DNA from: Candidatus Harrisonbacteria bacterium CG10_big_fil_rev_8_21_14_0_10_40_38
GTDB lineage: Bacteria > Patescibacteriota > Minisyncoccia > UBA6257 > 1-14-0-10-40-38
Assembly: GCA_002773535.1 (NCBI GenBank)
Contig: PFAZ01000007.1
Location: forward strand, 4,675 to 68,674
DNA length: 64,000 bases
Reading direction: 5' to 3'
The notes under the pieces are model-generated. The model saw only the letters and a program-made list of their open reading frames with translations, was not told the origin of the DNA and did not search any database. Of this stretch, positions 1 through 8,907 are shown in pieces (position 1 is the first letter of the stretch; the number at the start of each line of letters is the position of its first letter). Position numbers and translations under genes: made by a program.

Positions 1-792
1 GACTCACAAAAAATCAAAACAAAGGAGCTTATTATAAGCTACGCAAATGCAGTAAATTCTTTAAACGGTAAATTCACCACCGGTGAAGACGTTGGTATCA
101 GCGAAGATGATGTTCAGCTCATGTTTAAGCACTCATCTTTTTTTATTGGCAAAAAAGGCGTTGCAGGTGACCCATCTCCTTATGCAGCGCTAAGCACATT
201 TTATTGCATACAAACTGCCCTAAGTGAAAGATTTGGAAGTGATTCACTAAAAGACAAAACAGTATCCGTAAAAGGCGTCGGTAAAGTTGGCGCAGAACTT
301 GTGCGTCTTCTTATAGAATCCGGCGCAAATATTATTGTGGCAGACATAAACAATCAGACGATAGATGAGCTAAAACAAAAATTCCCACAAATCAAAGTTG
401 CAGACGCAAACACAATCCACAAAGAAAAGGCAGATGTGTTCGCCCCATGCGCTATGGGTAAAGAGCTTACAAAAACTACTATCGAAGAAATCATTGCCCC
501 AATCATCTGCGGTAGTGCCAACAACCAACTCGAATCAGATGAAATAGGGGACGCGCTTTATGCAAAAAAAATTATGTATATTCCGGACTACGTCGCAAAT
601 GCAGGGGGTCTTATTGATGTCATAGATGAAAGAGAAGAAGGCGGTTATTCAAAAGAAAGAGTATTGTCTCGCATAGCAAACCTTAAAAATACCCTAAGTG
701 AGATATTCCAAAGAGCCAGAAAAGAAAATATTCCATTTCACCGCGTCGCGAATAAATTGGCTGAAGAGCGGTTTATGAATGCCAGAAAATAA
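1..792 (+). CDS. Leucine/valine dehydrogenase (Glu/Leu/Phe/Val dehydrogenase family), C-terminal NAD-binding part; the frame is open from base 1, so the 5' end lies outside the window
   Basis: GKVGAELVRLLIESGANIIVADIN Rossmann motif; ...DVFAPCAMG...ICGSANNQL...IPDYVANAGGLI... matches the Leu dehydrogenase C-terminal domain almost motif by motif. No stop in frame 1 upstream of 121. Confidence 0.8.
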   Translation, partial: DSQKIKTKELIISYANAVNSLNGKFTTGEDVGISEDDVQLMFKHSSFFIGKKGVAGDPSPYAALSTFYCIQTALSERFGSDSLKDKTVSVKGVGKVGAELVRLLIESGANIIVADINNQTIDELKQKFPQIKVADANTIHKEKADVFAPCAMGKELTKTTIEEIIAPIICGSANNQLESDEIGDALYAKKIMYIPDYVANAGGLIDVIDEREEGGYSKERVLSRIANLKNTLSEIFQRARKENIPFHRVANKLAEERFMNARK

Positions 793-794
793 AT

Positions 795-2312
795 ATGAAT
801 TTCAATCAAGACGACAAAAAAGCCGGTGAAATAACAAAGCTTATACATAGCAAGAAAAGCGCCTACTGGGAAAAAAGGCGTGAAACAAACGCGCTCGCTC
901 TTTTCAAAAAAGCTTCAAAAGAAGTTCCCGCCTATAAAGATTTTCTAAAAAAGAACAAGATAAAAACAGAAAAAATCAAATCATTTAAAGATTTTAATCT
1001 CATACCAACATTCAGCAAAAAAACCTATCTAAAGGATTATCCTCTAGAAAAAGTTGCATGGGACGGAAATTTAAATAAACCCCTCATCTATACGTCGACA
1101 TCGGGATCAACCGGAGAGCCTTTTTATTTTCCAAGAGAAAACAAACTAGATTGGGAATATTCCGTAATGATCGATTGGTTTCTAAAGAACAGTTCATATA
1201 AATCAAACGGACCGGTTTTAGTAATCATAGGTTTTGGCATGGGTGTGTGGATCGGTGGGCTTATCACATACAAAGCATTTGAAATTTCCGCCCAAAGAAG
1301 CAAGATTCCGATTTCGATAATCACCCCGGGAATAAACAAGGGGGAAATATTTAAAGCTTTCCGAAACCTATCACCTCACTACAAGGAGACTATTCTTGTA
1401 ATGTATCCTCCTCTCATGAAAGACGTGCTGGATGAAGCGGCAACACAAGGAATAAATCTCAAAAAATTAAACATCAGGCTTCTGACCGCAGCCGAGACAT
1501 ATACGGAAAAATTCAGAGATTATATAGCAAGAAAAACAGGAATCAAAAATGTCTATCGCGACACGTTAAATATTTATGGCACGGCAGATATTGGCGCCAT
1601 GGCTTGGGAAACGCCGACTTCTATTCTTGTACGCCGCCTAGCCATGCATTCAAACAAACTTTTCAAAGATATTTTCGGCCCAATTGAAAAAACGCCCACT
1701 CTCGCCCAATATAATCCGGAGTTCATAACTTTCGAATCTGTAAACGGAGAAATTGTATTAACTGGAAATAATACAATTCCTCTTATAAGATACGCTGTTG
1801 GCGATCACGGAGGGGTACTTTCATTTAATGAAATAAAAACAAAAATAGAATCACACGGCTTCGACTTTAAAGAAGAAGCGAAAAAAGCCGGCATAGAAGA
1901 TGCGATAACGGAGCTTCCATTTGTATATGTTTATGAAAGAAACGATTTTTCAACCACTCTCTATGGCGCGCAGATTTACCCTGAAATTATCAGAGAAACT
2001 CTTCTTGCAAAACCGATAACAAAATTTCTAACAGGAAAATTTACCCTACTTACAAAATACGACAAAAAACAAAACCAATATCTTGAAATAAATCTCGAGA
2101 CAAAAAAGAATAAAAAAATATCATCCGTTTTTAAGAAAAATGTTTTGATGAGAATTGTAACAGACTTAAGGGCAAAAAATTCAGAATTCAGAGAGCTTAC
2201 AAATCATTTTCATAAGAGAATATACCCAAAACTTGTTTTCTGGTGCTACGAACATCCGCTATACTTCAAACCAGGCATCAAACAAAAATGGGTCAAAAAA
2301 GGAGGAGATTAA
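795..2312 (+). CDS. Adenylate-forming enzyme, phenylacetate-CoA ligase (PaaK) / coenzyme F390 synthetase-like
   Basis: IYTSTSGSTGEPFYFP matches the PaaK/F390-synthetase AMP-binding P-loop (TSGTTGxP). Size ~500 aa. Confidence 0.55.
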   Translation: MNFNQDDKKAGEITKLIHSKKSAYWEKRRETNALALFKKASKEVPAYKDFLKKNKIKTEKIKSFKDFNLIPTFSKKTYLKDYPLEKVAWDGNLNKPLIYTSTSGSTGEPFYFPRENKLDWEYSVMIDWFLKNSSYKSNGPVLVIIGFGMGVWIGGLITYKAFEISAQRSKIPISIITPGINKGEIFKAFRNLSPHYKETILVMYPPLMKDVLDEAATQGINLKKLNIRLLTAAETYTEKFRDYIARKTGIKNVYRDTLNIYGTADIGAMAWETPTSILVRRLAMHSNKLFKDIFGPIEKTPTLAQYNPEFITFESVNGEIVLTGNNTIPLIRYAVGDHGGVLSFNEIKTKIESHGFDFKEEAKKAGIEDAITELPFVYVYERNDFSTTLYGAQIYPEIIRETLLAKPITKFLTGKFTLLTKYDKKQNQYLEINLETKKNKKISSVFKKNVLMRIVTDLRAKNSEFRELTNHFHKRIYPKLVFWCYEHPLYFKPGIKQKWVKKGGD

Positions 2313-2329
2313 GAATATCTACCAAAAAT

Positions 2330-3457
2330 ATGGAAAATATAAAAACCGTTTGGCAACCAGTTAAAGTCAGTAAAAAAGATATAGATAAACTAAAAGAAGA
2401 ACATCCAGAACTTCTAGTTATAGACGAAACAAAAAGAAATCTTGAAGAATTATTTCTATTACGTAACCCAAAATATAAATTCGACAAAAATTATCACGAA
2501 GAATTCGAATCTTTTTATAAAGAATACAACTCAGAAAGTTTTGGAGAATGGTTCCATTTTTCATGGATAAATAGTGTTGTCCGCTTCTTTCCTGAGGACT
2601 TACACCAGGAATTACGTACAGGCAGAAATAAATACCTAATTTCAAAGGATGAGCAAGACAAGTTTTATAACTCCACTGTTGCCTTTTGTGGTATGAGCGT
2701 GGGAAGTCATATCGCGATAGTTACAGCTATGACCGGAGGCGCAAAACATATGAAACTCGCAGATCCAGATGCTCTTTCTGGTGACAATTTAAATCGTGTG
2801 AGGTTGGGCTTTCAAAACGTTGGTATTAACAAAACAATTCTTGTTGCAAGACAAGTATATGAAATAAATCCATATGCAGAAATTGAAATATATACAGACG
2901 GCATAACAGAAGAAAATGCCAATCAGATATTAGAAGACGTAGATATTATCGTAGAAGAAATGGACAGTATGTACTGGAAATTAAAAACCAGAGAACTTGC
3001 GCGTGCTAGAGGAATTTCGGTCATTATGGGTACAGACAACGGAGACGGTGCAATCGTCGACATAGAAAGATATGACATAAACCCAGACCTCCCTATATTA
3101 AATGGACTAGCCAAGGGTTTAAGTGCTGAAAGGTTAAAAAATATGCCAGCAAAAGATTTGCCAAAGGTTGCGGGTAAAATTGCAGGCGCCAACCTAGTTG
3201 TTCCCAAAATGCTTTATTCCGTATCTGAGGTGGGGAAGTCTCTATATTCGTGGCCTCAACTCGGTAGTGCTGCAAACATGTGCGGTTCATTAGGCGCAAT
3301 GCTTATAAGGAGGATCGTAAATAAAGACAAGAATATTAAATCTAAAAGGTATTCAGTAAATCCCGACGCAATTTTTGAATCGGACTACAAACGCAAATGG
3401 TTTTCTCGCAAAATCGAATTTATCAAATTTATCCGCAAAATGATGAAACAGGAATAA
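2330..3457 (+). CDS. ThiF/MoeB-family E1-like adenylyltransferase with ~100-aa N-terminal extension
   Basis: RTGRNKYLI...VAFCGMSVGSHIAIV nucleotide-binding loop typical of ThiF/MoeB/E1, followed by the DPDAL...N..R region. Start moved from the track's 2243 to the ATG at 2330 to avoid a 70-nt overlap with the upstream gene. Confidence 0.5.
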   Translation: MENIKTVWQPVKVSKKDIDKLKEEHPELLVIDETKRNLEELFLLRNPKYKFDKNYHEEFESFYKEYNSESFGEWFHFSWINSVVRFFPEDLHQELRTGRNKYLISKDEQDKFYNSTVAFCGMSVGSHIAIVTAMTGGAKHMKLADPDALSGDNLNRVRLGFQNVGINKTILVARQVYEINPYAEIEIYTDGITEENANQILEDVDIIVEEMDSMYWKLKTRELARARGISVIMGTDNGDGAIVDIERYDINPDLPILNGLAKGLSAERLKNMPAKDLPKVAGKIAGANLVVPKMLYSVSEVGKSLYSWPQLGSAANMCGSLGAMLIRRIVNKDKNIKSKRYSVNPDAIFESDYKRKWFSRKIEFIKFIRKMMKQE

Positions 3458-3503
3458 ATTTTATTGAAGCGGTATAACTTCAAAAATGCTATAATAACTC
3501 AAT

Positions 3504-4571
3504 ATGGAGAATATTCGAGTGAATGTAGAAGAAATTCTAAGAAATTCAATAAATGCACCATCTGGCAGCAACTCTCAGCCATGGAAATTTTTAGTAAAAG
3601 GAAGCGAAATTTACATACTCGCTTTTCCAGAAAATGATCATCCAATATTAAATTATAGATCACGGGGAACGTGGATAGCTCATGGCGCACTTATCGAAAA
3701 CATCATTATCGCTGCATCAAAATATGCTTATAAAGCAACCCCAATGATTTTTCCATATGATCCCAAAACGCATATAATTGCAAAAATTAAACTCGAAAAA
3801 TCAGAAGATATAGCAGTAAATCCGTTATTTGAAATACTTTCGAAGAGAACAACAAATAGAAAAATTTATAAAAAAGAAAAATTAAATGAAGACCAAAAAA
3901 ATGCCATCATTGGTACAATAGGGGGAAATAATAATATTGTATTCAAGCTAATAGAAGATCGGGAAAAAATTAACAAGATTGGCAATGCAGTTAGTGCGAA
4001 CGAAATCGTAACTCTCGAAAATAAGAAACTTCATAAATTATTTTTTAATGAAGTAATTTGGACCGAAAAAGAAAACAAAAAAAATCCAAAAGGTATTTTT
4101 TTGAAAACAATGGAATTTAAACCACCGCAAAAACTCGTTTTTAAATTACTTAGAAATTGGAATGTTATGAAAATTGCAAATAAAATAAAATTTGCCCGTA
4201 TAATTGCAAAAGGAAACGGTAAAGGATATGCATCTTGTGCAGCAATGGGAGTGATTGCGGTTGATAATAATGATAATGATTTTATTGAAGCAGGAAGAAT
4301 TTTAGAGAGAATGTGGTTAGAGGCAACAAAAATGAATTTAAGTTTTCATTTAATAACAGGTATATTTTTCTATTGGCAAGCAATAAAATTAGGCAATTCA
4401 AACATTTTAAATAAAGAACATCAAGAAATTATTGAAAATGCATATAAAGAAACAGAAGAGTCAAGTGGTATAAACGATAAAATTATAACCATAGTCTGCA
4501 GAATAGGAAAAGATGGAGAGCCGACAGGGATATCTACTAAACTCCCTCCAGACATAGAATATATCAGTTAA
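3504..4571 (+). CDS. Nitroreductase-superfamily protein, double-length (SagB/McbC-like dehydrogenase candidate)
   Basis: N-terminal SGSNSQPWKF motif of the nitroreductase fold. A second nitroreductase-like half (GKGYASCAAMGVIAV...ERMWLEATKMNLSFH) follows. 355 aa. Confidence 0.5.
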   Translation: MENIRVNVEEILRNSINAPSGSNSQPWKFLVKGSEIYILAFPENDHPILNYRSRGTWIAHGALIENIIIAASKYAYKATPMIFPYDPKTHIIAKIKLEKSEDIAVNPLFEILSKRTTNRKIYKKEKLNEDQKNAIIGTIGGNNNIVFKLIEDREKINKIGNAVSANEIVTLENKKLHKLFFNEVIWTEKENKKNPKGIFLKTMEFKPPQKLVFKLLRNWNVMKIANKIKFARIIAKGNGKGYASCAAMGVIAVDNNDNDFIEAGRILERMWLEATKMNLSFHLITGIFFYWQAIKLGNSNILNKEHQEIIENAYKETEESSGINDKIITIVCRIGKDGEPTGISTKLPPDIEYIS

Positions 4572-4583
4572 AATAAAAAAGTA

Positions 4584-6257
4584 ATGCAAGTAGTAAGAAA
4601 TTTGGATTTATTTTCGGTTGGGGTGGCAATAGCAGCAATTGCAATACTCGGTTTTGTTGCCTTCCTTAACAACAAAAAAAGCATAACAAATAAAACATTC
4701 TTTGCTTTTTCCATGGTTGCCGTCCTATGGAATGTAGCAAATTATCTTATTTTTCAGTTTGACTCTCCGGAAATAGCTTTATGGATTTTAAGATCAGTGA
4801 TATTTTTTGCGACATGGTATTGCTTTTTTATATTTCAATTATTTTTTGTTGCACCAGAAGAACAATACCAATTTCCCAAAATATACAAATTTGGTCTCAT
4901 ACCTATTGTCATAGCCGTTTCACTTTTAACACTCACCCCGTATGTCTTCAAAGAAGTCACAGCATTTGATGCGGGTAAGATTTCTAGTGTAGAAAATGGA
5001 CCTGGAATATTCATTTTTGGTGCTTTAGTAATAAGTCTTTTAGTGGGTGGAACTTCAATACTAATACACAAGATGAGAAATTCAGAAGGAATCGTAAAAA
5101 CTCATCTAAAATATATATATAGAGGAGCAATCGCAACATTTCTACTATATATTGTATTCAACTTCATATTGCCGGCTTTCTTTAATAATCCGTCAGCTAT
5201 ACCACTTGGAGCACTTTTCACATTCCCAATTGTAATGATGACAACATATGCAATTTTTAAACATCATTTGTTTAATGTAAAAATAATTGCAACTGAGTCA
5301 TTGGCGTTTTTTCTAGCTATTGTAACATTGTATGAAACAGTTTTTGCGGAAAACTTAACAATAATTATTCTCCGATCAGGAGTTTTCTTGCTTGTTTTAG
5401 CATTCAGTATTCTTTTAATTAGGAGTGTTCGACGAGAAGTCGAGCAACGTGAAAAACTTGAAGTGTTAACCCAACAACTCGAGACCACAAACGTAAAACT
5501 CCAAAAACTCGACCAGCTCAAGTCAGCTTTCTTAAGTTTTGCCGCTCATCAAGCAAAGGGTCCAATAAACAACGTAAAAGGTTACGCAAGCCTCATCGAA
5601 GACGGTTCCTTTGGGGAGGTGCCTCAGGAAGTTAAAGAAAAAGCTCTACGAATAAAAACGATTGCAGATGATACATTAATTCTTCTCGGAAATCTCCTCG
5701 ACATGAGAAAAATAGAAGAGGGTACCTTCTTTAAGGAATTTAAATATGAAGAAGTAAACATTGTAGATTTCGTACAAAAACTAATAGAAGAGTACAAAGT
5801 TGGCATGACACTTCGTGGAAAGCCCGATCTCGAACTTTCGTTTGAATCATCCGCTCCAGAAATTAAAATAAAAATAGATCAGCTTAAAATCAGGCAGGTT
5901 GTGCAAAATCTTCTCGATAATGCAATCAAATACACGGATAAAGGGTTTGTGAAAGTGTCCGTAGCTGATGAACAATCGGCAAATCCAATGCAAAAAAACA
6001 CAAATCAATCACCAGTGGCTAATGGCTATGTGCTAATTACTATTCAAGACTCTGGCCGTGGTATATCAAAAGACCTTCAGGAAAAACTTTTCCACGAATT
6101 CGTTCGCGATGAAAAAACATCAAAAGAAATTCAAGGCACTGGCCTTGGTTTGTATCTTGCCAAGCAAATCGTTGACGCACACAAAGGCCAAATAACCGCC
6201 GCCTCAGAAGGCGAAGGCAAAGGAAGTACGTTTACGGTAAAGTTGGGGAAGATATAA
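4584..6257 (+). CDS. Sensor histidine kinase (polytopic membrane N-terminus, HisKA, HATPase_c)
   Basis: About 7 hydrophobic helices, then a coiled-coil, H-box LSFAAHQAKGPIN, N-box NLLDNAIKYT, and G-boxes DSGRGI / GTGLGLYLAK. Confidence 0.8.
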   Translation: MQVVRNLDLFSVGVAIAAIAILGFVAFLNNKKSITNKTFFAFSMVAVLWNVANYLIFQFDSPEIALWILRSVIFFATWYCFFIFQLFFVAPEEQYQFPKIYKFGLIPIVIAVSLLTLTPYVFKEVTAFDAGKISSVENGPGIFIFGALVISLLVGGTSILIHKMRNSEGIVKTHLKYIYRGAIATFLLYIVFNFILPAFFNNPSAIPLGALFTFPIVMMTTYAIFKHHLFNVKIIATESLAFFLAIVTLYETVFAENLTIIILRSGVFLLVLAFSILLIRSVRREVEQREKLEVLTQQLETTNVKLQKLDQLKSAFLSFAAHQAKGPINNVKGYASLIEDGSFGEVPQEVKEKALRIKTIADDTLILLGNLLDMRKIEEGTFFKEFKYEEVNIVDFVQKLIEEYKVGMTLRGKPDLELSFESSAPEIKIKIDQLKIRQVVQNLLDNAIKYTDKGFVKVSVADEQSANPMQKNTNQSPVANGYVLITIQDSGRGISKDLQEKLFHEFVRDEKTSKEIQGTGLGLYLAKQIVDAHKGQITAASEGEGKGSTFTVKLGKI

Positions 6258-6269
6258 AATTATTATTTA

Positions 6270-6297
6270 TTGACAGTGACGTACAAACGATTATAGT
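6270..6297 (+). promoter_or_regulatory. Sigma70-like promoter (TTGACA-16-TATAGT) upstream of ORF 6363
   Basis: ttgaca gtgacgtacaaacgat tatagt. It is followed by a strong SD, AGGAGG, 8 nt before the ATG at 6363. Confidence 0.4.
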
Positions 6298-6362
6298 AAT
6301 GAAGATTGAGTAGTATGGTTCTACTCTATCAAGAACATTGAAAACCCCTAGGAGGTAATACG

Positions 6363-6785
6363 ATGAGAAATACTAACATTACCCTCGCTCCGATTCCGCA
6401 ACTAGTTGTAGAACGATTGGCTAGCAATAGTGGCCTTCAGCCAGAAGACGCAGAAAGGCAAATGATTGAACTCGCCAAATTTCTTTCTGTCTGTGCAGAA
6501 TATCCCGGCGAGAATGCTCCATCTCGAGTAATTGACGATCTCTGGCATGTTTTTGTCTTATTCACCCGAGAATATCAAAGGTACTGCCAAGAAAACTTTG
6601 GTAAATTCATTCACCATACACCTACGGGATATGCTATGAACAATACTTATCAAAAAACACGTGCTCGTGCTCAAGAGATGTTTGGAGAACTTGATCAGGA
6701 CTTATGGCCGGAGAATGCAGGTGGGGCTGCAATCTGTAATGACTGTTGTGACGATAATCCCGGTGGCGAACATCCCCAAGGATGA
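6363..6785 (+). CDS. Hypothetical protein (DDLWHVFVLFTREYQRYC...HHTP motif, Cys-rich acidic C-terminus)
   Basis: ORF with a consensus SD and a higher local GC than its neighbours. Conserved-looking D-x2-W-H-x-F-x-L-x-T-x2-Y-x3-C core. C-terminus CNDCCDDNPGGEHPQG. Confidence 0.4.
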   Translation: MRNTNITLAPIPQLVVERLASNSGLQPEDAERQMIELAKFLSVCAEYPGENAPSRVIDDLWHVFVLFTREYQRYCQENFGKFIHHTPTGYAMNNTYQKTRARAQEMFGELDQDLWPENAGGAAICNDCCDDNPGGEHPQG

Positions 6786-6843
6786 CAAATAATGCAAAAG
6801 CATCAGTAGTTAATCAATTCCCAAGAGGCATAGAAAAATAATT

Positions 6844-7419
6844 CTATGTCTCTTTTTTTACTAAAAAATATTCAGCTACAACGGATAAAGGATTTTCCTT
6901 TGTAGGTTTGTAATATAAATCTATTCCTTTAATTATAAAATATTTAACAAGAATTTCTTCCAACTCATTCTGCTGAACAACTAAAAATGGCTTTTCAGCA
7001 TGCTTTATAATGACCTGTAATATAAACACACCATTCAGTTTAGAGGCTATAGTTGCTAAGTATTTTTCCTTATCCTCTATAAAAACCAAAGTTTTAGAAT
7101 CTATTATTAAATCATAGGCCCTATTTTTAAAGGAATATGTCGCCAACTCTTCAAGATCCCAAACATTAAAAAAAAGACCTGGTAAAGATGGTTGTTTAGA
7201 CGCTATTTTTATAGCTTCCTCGGAAAAATCTATTCCTTCTACCATAAATCCGTGTTGTGCTAACCACCGAGCAACCTCTCCTGTGCCGCAACCTAAATCC
7301 AGCGCAGAACCATTAAAAACACCTGACTTTTCTAGCCAGTTAGACAGGTTAATTTCCCGTCGACGCCACGGATTTTTCCCATCGCGATATGACTTATTCC
7401 ATTTTTCTTTAGATGCCAT
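6844..7419 (-). CDS. Class I SAM-dependent methyltransferase (TehB/TPMT-like size)
   Basis: Motif I LDLGCGTGEVARWL and motif post-I GIDFSEEAI. 191 aa. Confidence 0.65.
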   Translation of the reverse strand: MASKEKWNKSYRDGKNPWRRREINLSNWLEKSGVFNGSALDLGCGTGEVARWLAQHGFMVEGIDFSEEAIKIASKQPSLPGLFFNVWDLEELATYSFKNRAYDLIIDSKTLVFIEDKEKYLATIASKLNGVFILQVIIKHAEKPFLVVQQNELEEILVKYFIIKGIDLYYKPTKENPLSVVAEYFLVKKET

Positions 7420-7452
7420 CGAAAAATCTTAGCACTTAAATAAACTTTCTAT

Positions 7453-7548
7453 CAAGCAAATCGTTGACGCCCACAAAGGCCAAATAACTGCCGCCTCAGA
7501 AGGCGAAGGTAAAGGATCTACGTTCACGGTAACACTGTCAAAGATGTA
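7453..7548 (+). pseudogene. Remnant of a histidine kinase 3' end (HATPase_c G2 box through stop), near-duplicate of 6162-6257
   Basis: About 88% nt identity to the end of the 4584-6257 kinase. It translates as KQIVDAHKGQITAASEGEGKGSTFTVTLSKM* with no upstream kinase sequence. Confidence 0.55.
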
Positions 7549-7597
7549 GTCCAAAAAAACAATTGACACTAACCAACCCAAGTCTATACTAATCAAT

Positions 7598-7906
7598 ATG
7601 GAAATTAATGAGCAAAAAATAAGAAATATCCTCATAGAACAGCGAGAAGAATATCAACGTTTTTTGTCTGTTGTTTCTGAAAATTTTGAATCACAAGTTA
7701 AAATTATCGCTGAAACGCTAAGCAGTACCCAACAACAGTTAGTAAGCATCAGAGATATGGTTGCAAAAAATACTGAAGATATTGAAATAATCAAAATGGA
7801 ATCACAGATTATAAGAAACGATCTCAAAGAAAAAATCAGTCGCGATGAATTTAAAATTCTAGAAACTCGAATTTCTAAGTTAGAAAAATCAATTCATCAA
7901 AAATAA
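7598..7906 (+). CDS. Hypothetical coiled-coil protein
   Basis: ORF with heptad-like composition and no recognisable domain. Confidence 0.35.
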   Translation: MEINEQKIRNILIEQREEYQRFLSVVSENFESQVKIIAETLSSTQQQLVSIRDMVAKNTEDIEIIKMESQIIRNDLKEKISRDEFKILETRISKLEKSIHQK

Positions 7907-7930
7907 CCATTTTTATCCAAATACAAGCAC

Positions 7931-8092
7931 ATGGCAGAATTAACACGTAAAGACATAAAAGAAGTTTTTATCGAATCACTTGAACCTTTCACAAAAGCGG
8001 TTCAGGAAGATTTTAATAAAGTGAATAATCGCCTAGATGGCGTAGAAAACAGGCTAAGCGGCGTAGAAAATCGACTGAGTGTGTTAAATTGA
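7931..8092 (+). CDS. Small hypothetical coiled-coil protein (NRLDGVENRLSGVENRLS repeats)
   Basis: ~53-aa ORF not in the track (<60 aa) with tandem 7-aa ENRLSGV-like repeats. Low confidence. Confidence 0.2.
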   Translation: MAELTRKDIKEVFIESLEPFTKAVQEDFNKVNNRLDGVENRLSGVENRLSVLN

Positions 8093-8327
8093 CGTAAAAT
8101 GGATCAAAGACAACACAAATGAACTATTTGCAAAACTAGATGAAATTTATATCACTTTATAAAAAACAAGAACAAGAGCTTACAATACTTGCAAAGCAAA
8201 TCAAAGAATTAGAAAAAAGAGTTGCGGAACTAGAATCCCGAAAATAGAAAAACATCGCATAAAAAGCGCTGTTTTTTTATAAACGACTCCAGTTGAATTT
8301 TGTCAAAAAAGGTAGGAAAATAAAAAT

Positions 8328-8906
8328 ATGAAAAAAACTATAACTTACGCAATAGTCATCATCCTTTTAATAGCCGGCGGTTGGATCATTAAAAATGCAA
8401 CCAGTGAAAACAGTGATGTTGCCAAAGATTTCCCATTTGAATCAATTAATTCAATAAATGATTTAGAAAATAGTAAGTTGTATACAAGTAAAATATTTAA
8501 TTTTAGGATTAGCTATCCAGAAAATTGGATCGTATCTTCAAACGAAAATGAAGTGGGTTATAATGTTTCATTTTCTAGTATTGAATTAACAGAGCCCAGA
8601 ATCCCAAATAATGAAGCAAAAATCGAAATTAATATTATTGAAAATAAAAATAAAAATAACATTAATGAATGGGTTGAGAATTTTCACAATGAAGACCCAT
8701 TTTTCCAAGGACAAATAAGTGCATCGAAAGAAATTTTGATTGCTGATAAAAGTGCAAAAATAGAAATAATTAACGGAAATCCAATAAATTATAGTGCTGC
8801 ATATATACCACTCGGCAATGATTATATAATGATCATTACCGGACCAGAAATACAAAGTAAATATGGAGAAACATTTCTAAAAATGTTAAAAAGCTTAACT
8901 CTATAA
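8328..8906 (+). CDS. Hypothetical membrane-anchored or secreted protein
   Basis: N-terminal hydrophobic helix (ITYAIVIILLIAGGWII). Its stop lies 1 nt before the start of the giant M23 gene, so the two are likely co-transcribed. Confidence 0.45.
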   Translation: MKKTITYAIVIILLIAGGWIIKNATSENSDVAKDFPFESINSINDLENSKLYTSKIFNFRISYPENWIVSSNENEVGYNVSFSSIELTEPRIPNNEAKIEINIIENKNKNNINEWVENFHNEDPFFQGQISASKEILIADKSAKIEIINGNPINYSAAYIPLGNDYIMIITGPEIQSKYGETFLKMLKSLTL

Positions 8907-8907
8907 A

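Noticed and set aside
2243-2329. The long form of the ThiF-like ORF starting at 2243 and overlapping the upstream gene by 70 nt
   Set aside because: The N-terminal 29 aa (MLRTSAILQTRHQTKMGQKRRRLRISTKN) read like out-of-frame translation of the upstream gene's 3' end. The ATG at 2330 gives a non-overlapping start.
795-4571. Calling the 795-4571 cassette a bona fide TOMM/thiopeptide cluster
   Set aside because: No YcaO cyclodehydratase and no precursor peptide ORF are present. Only the looser 'E1-like + SagB-like dehydrogenase + adenylating enzyme' description is supportable.
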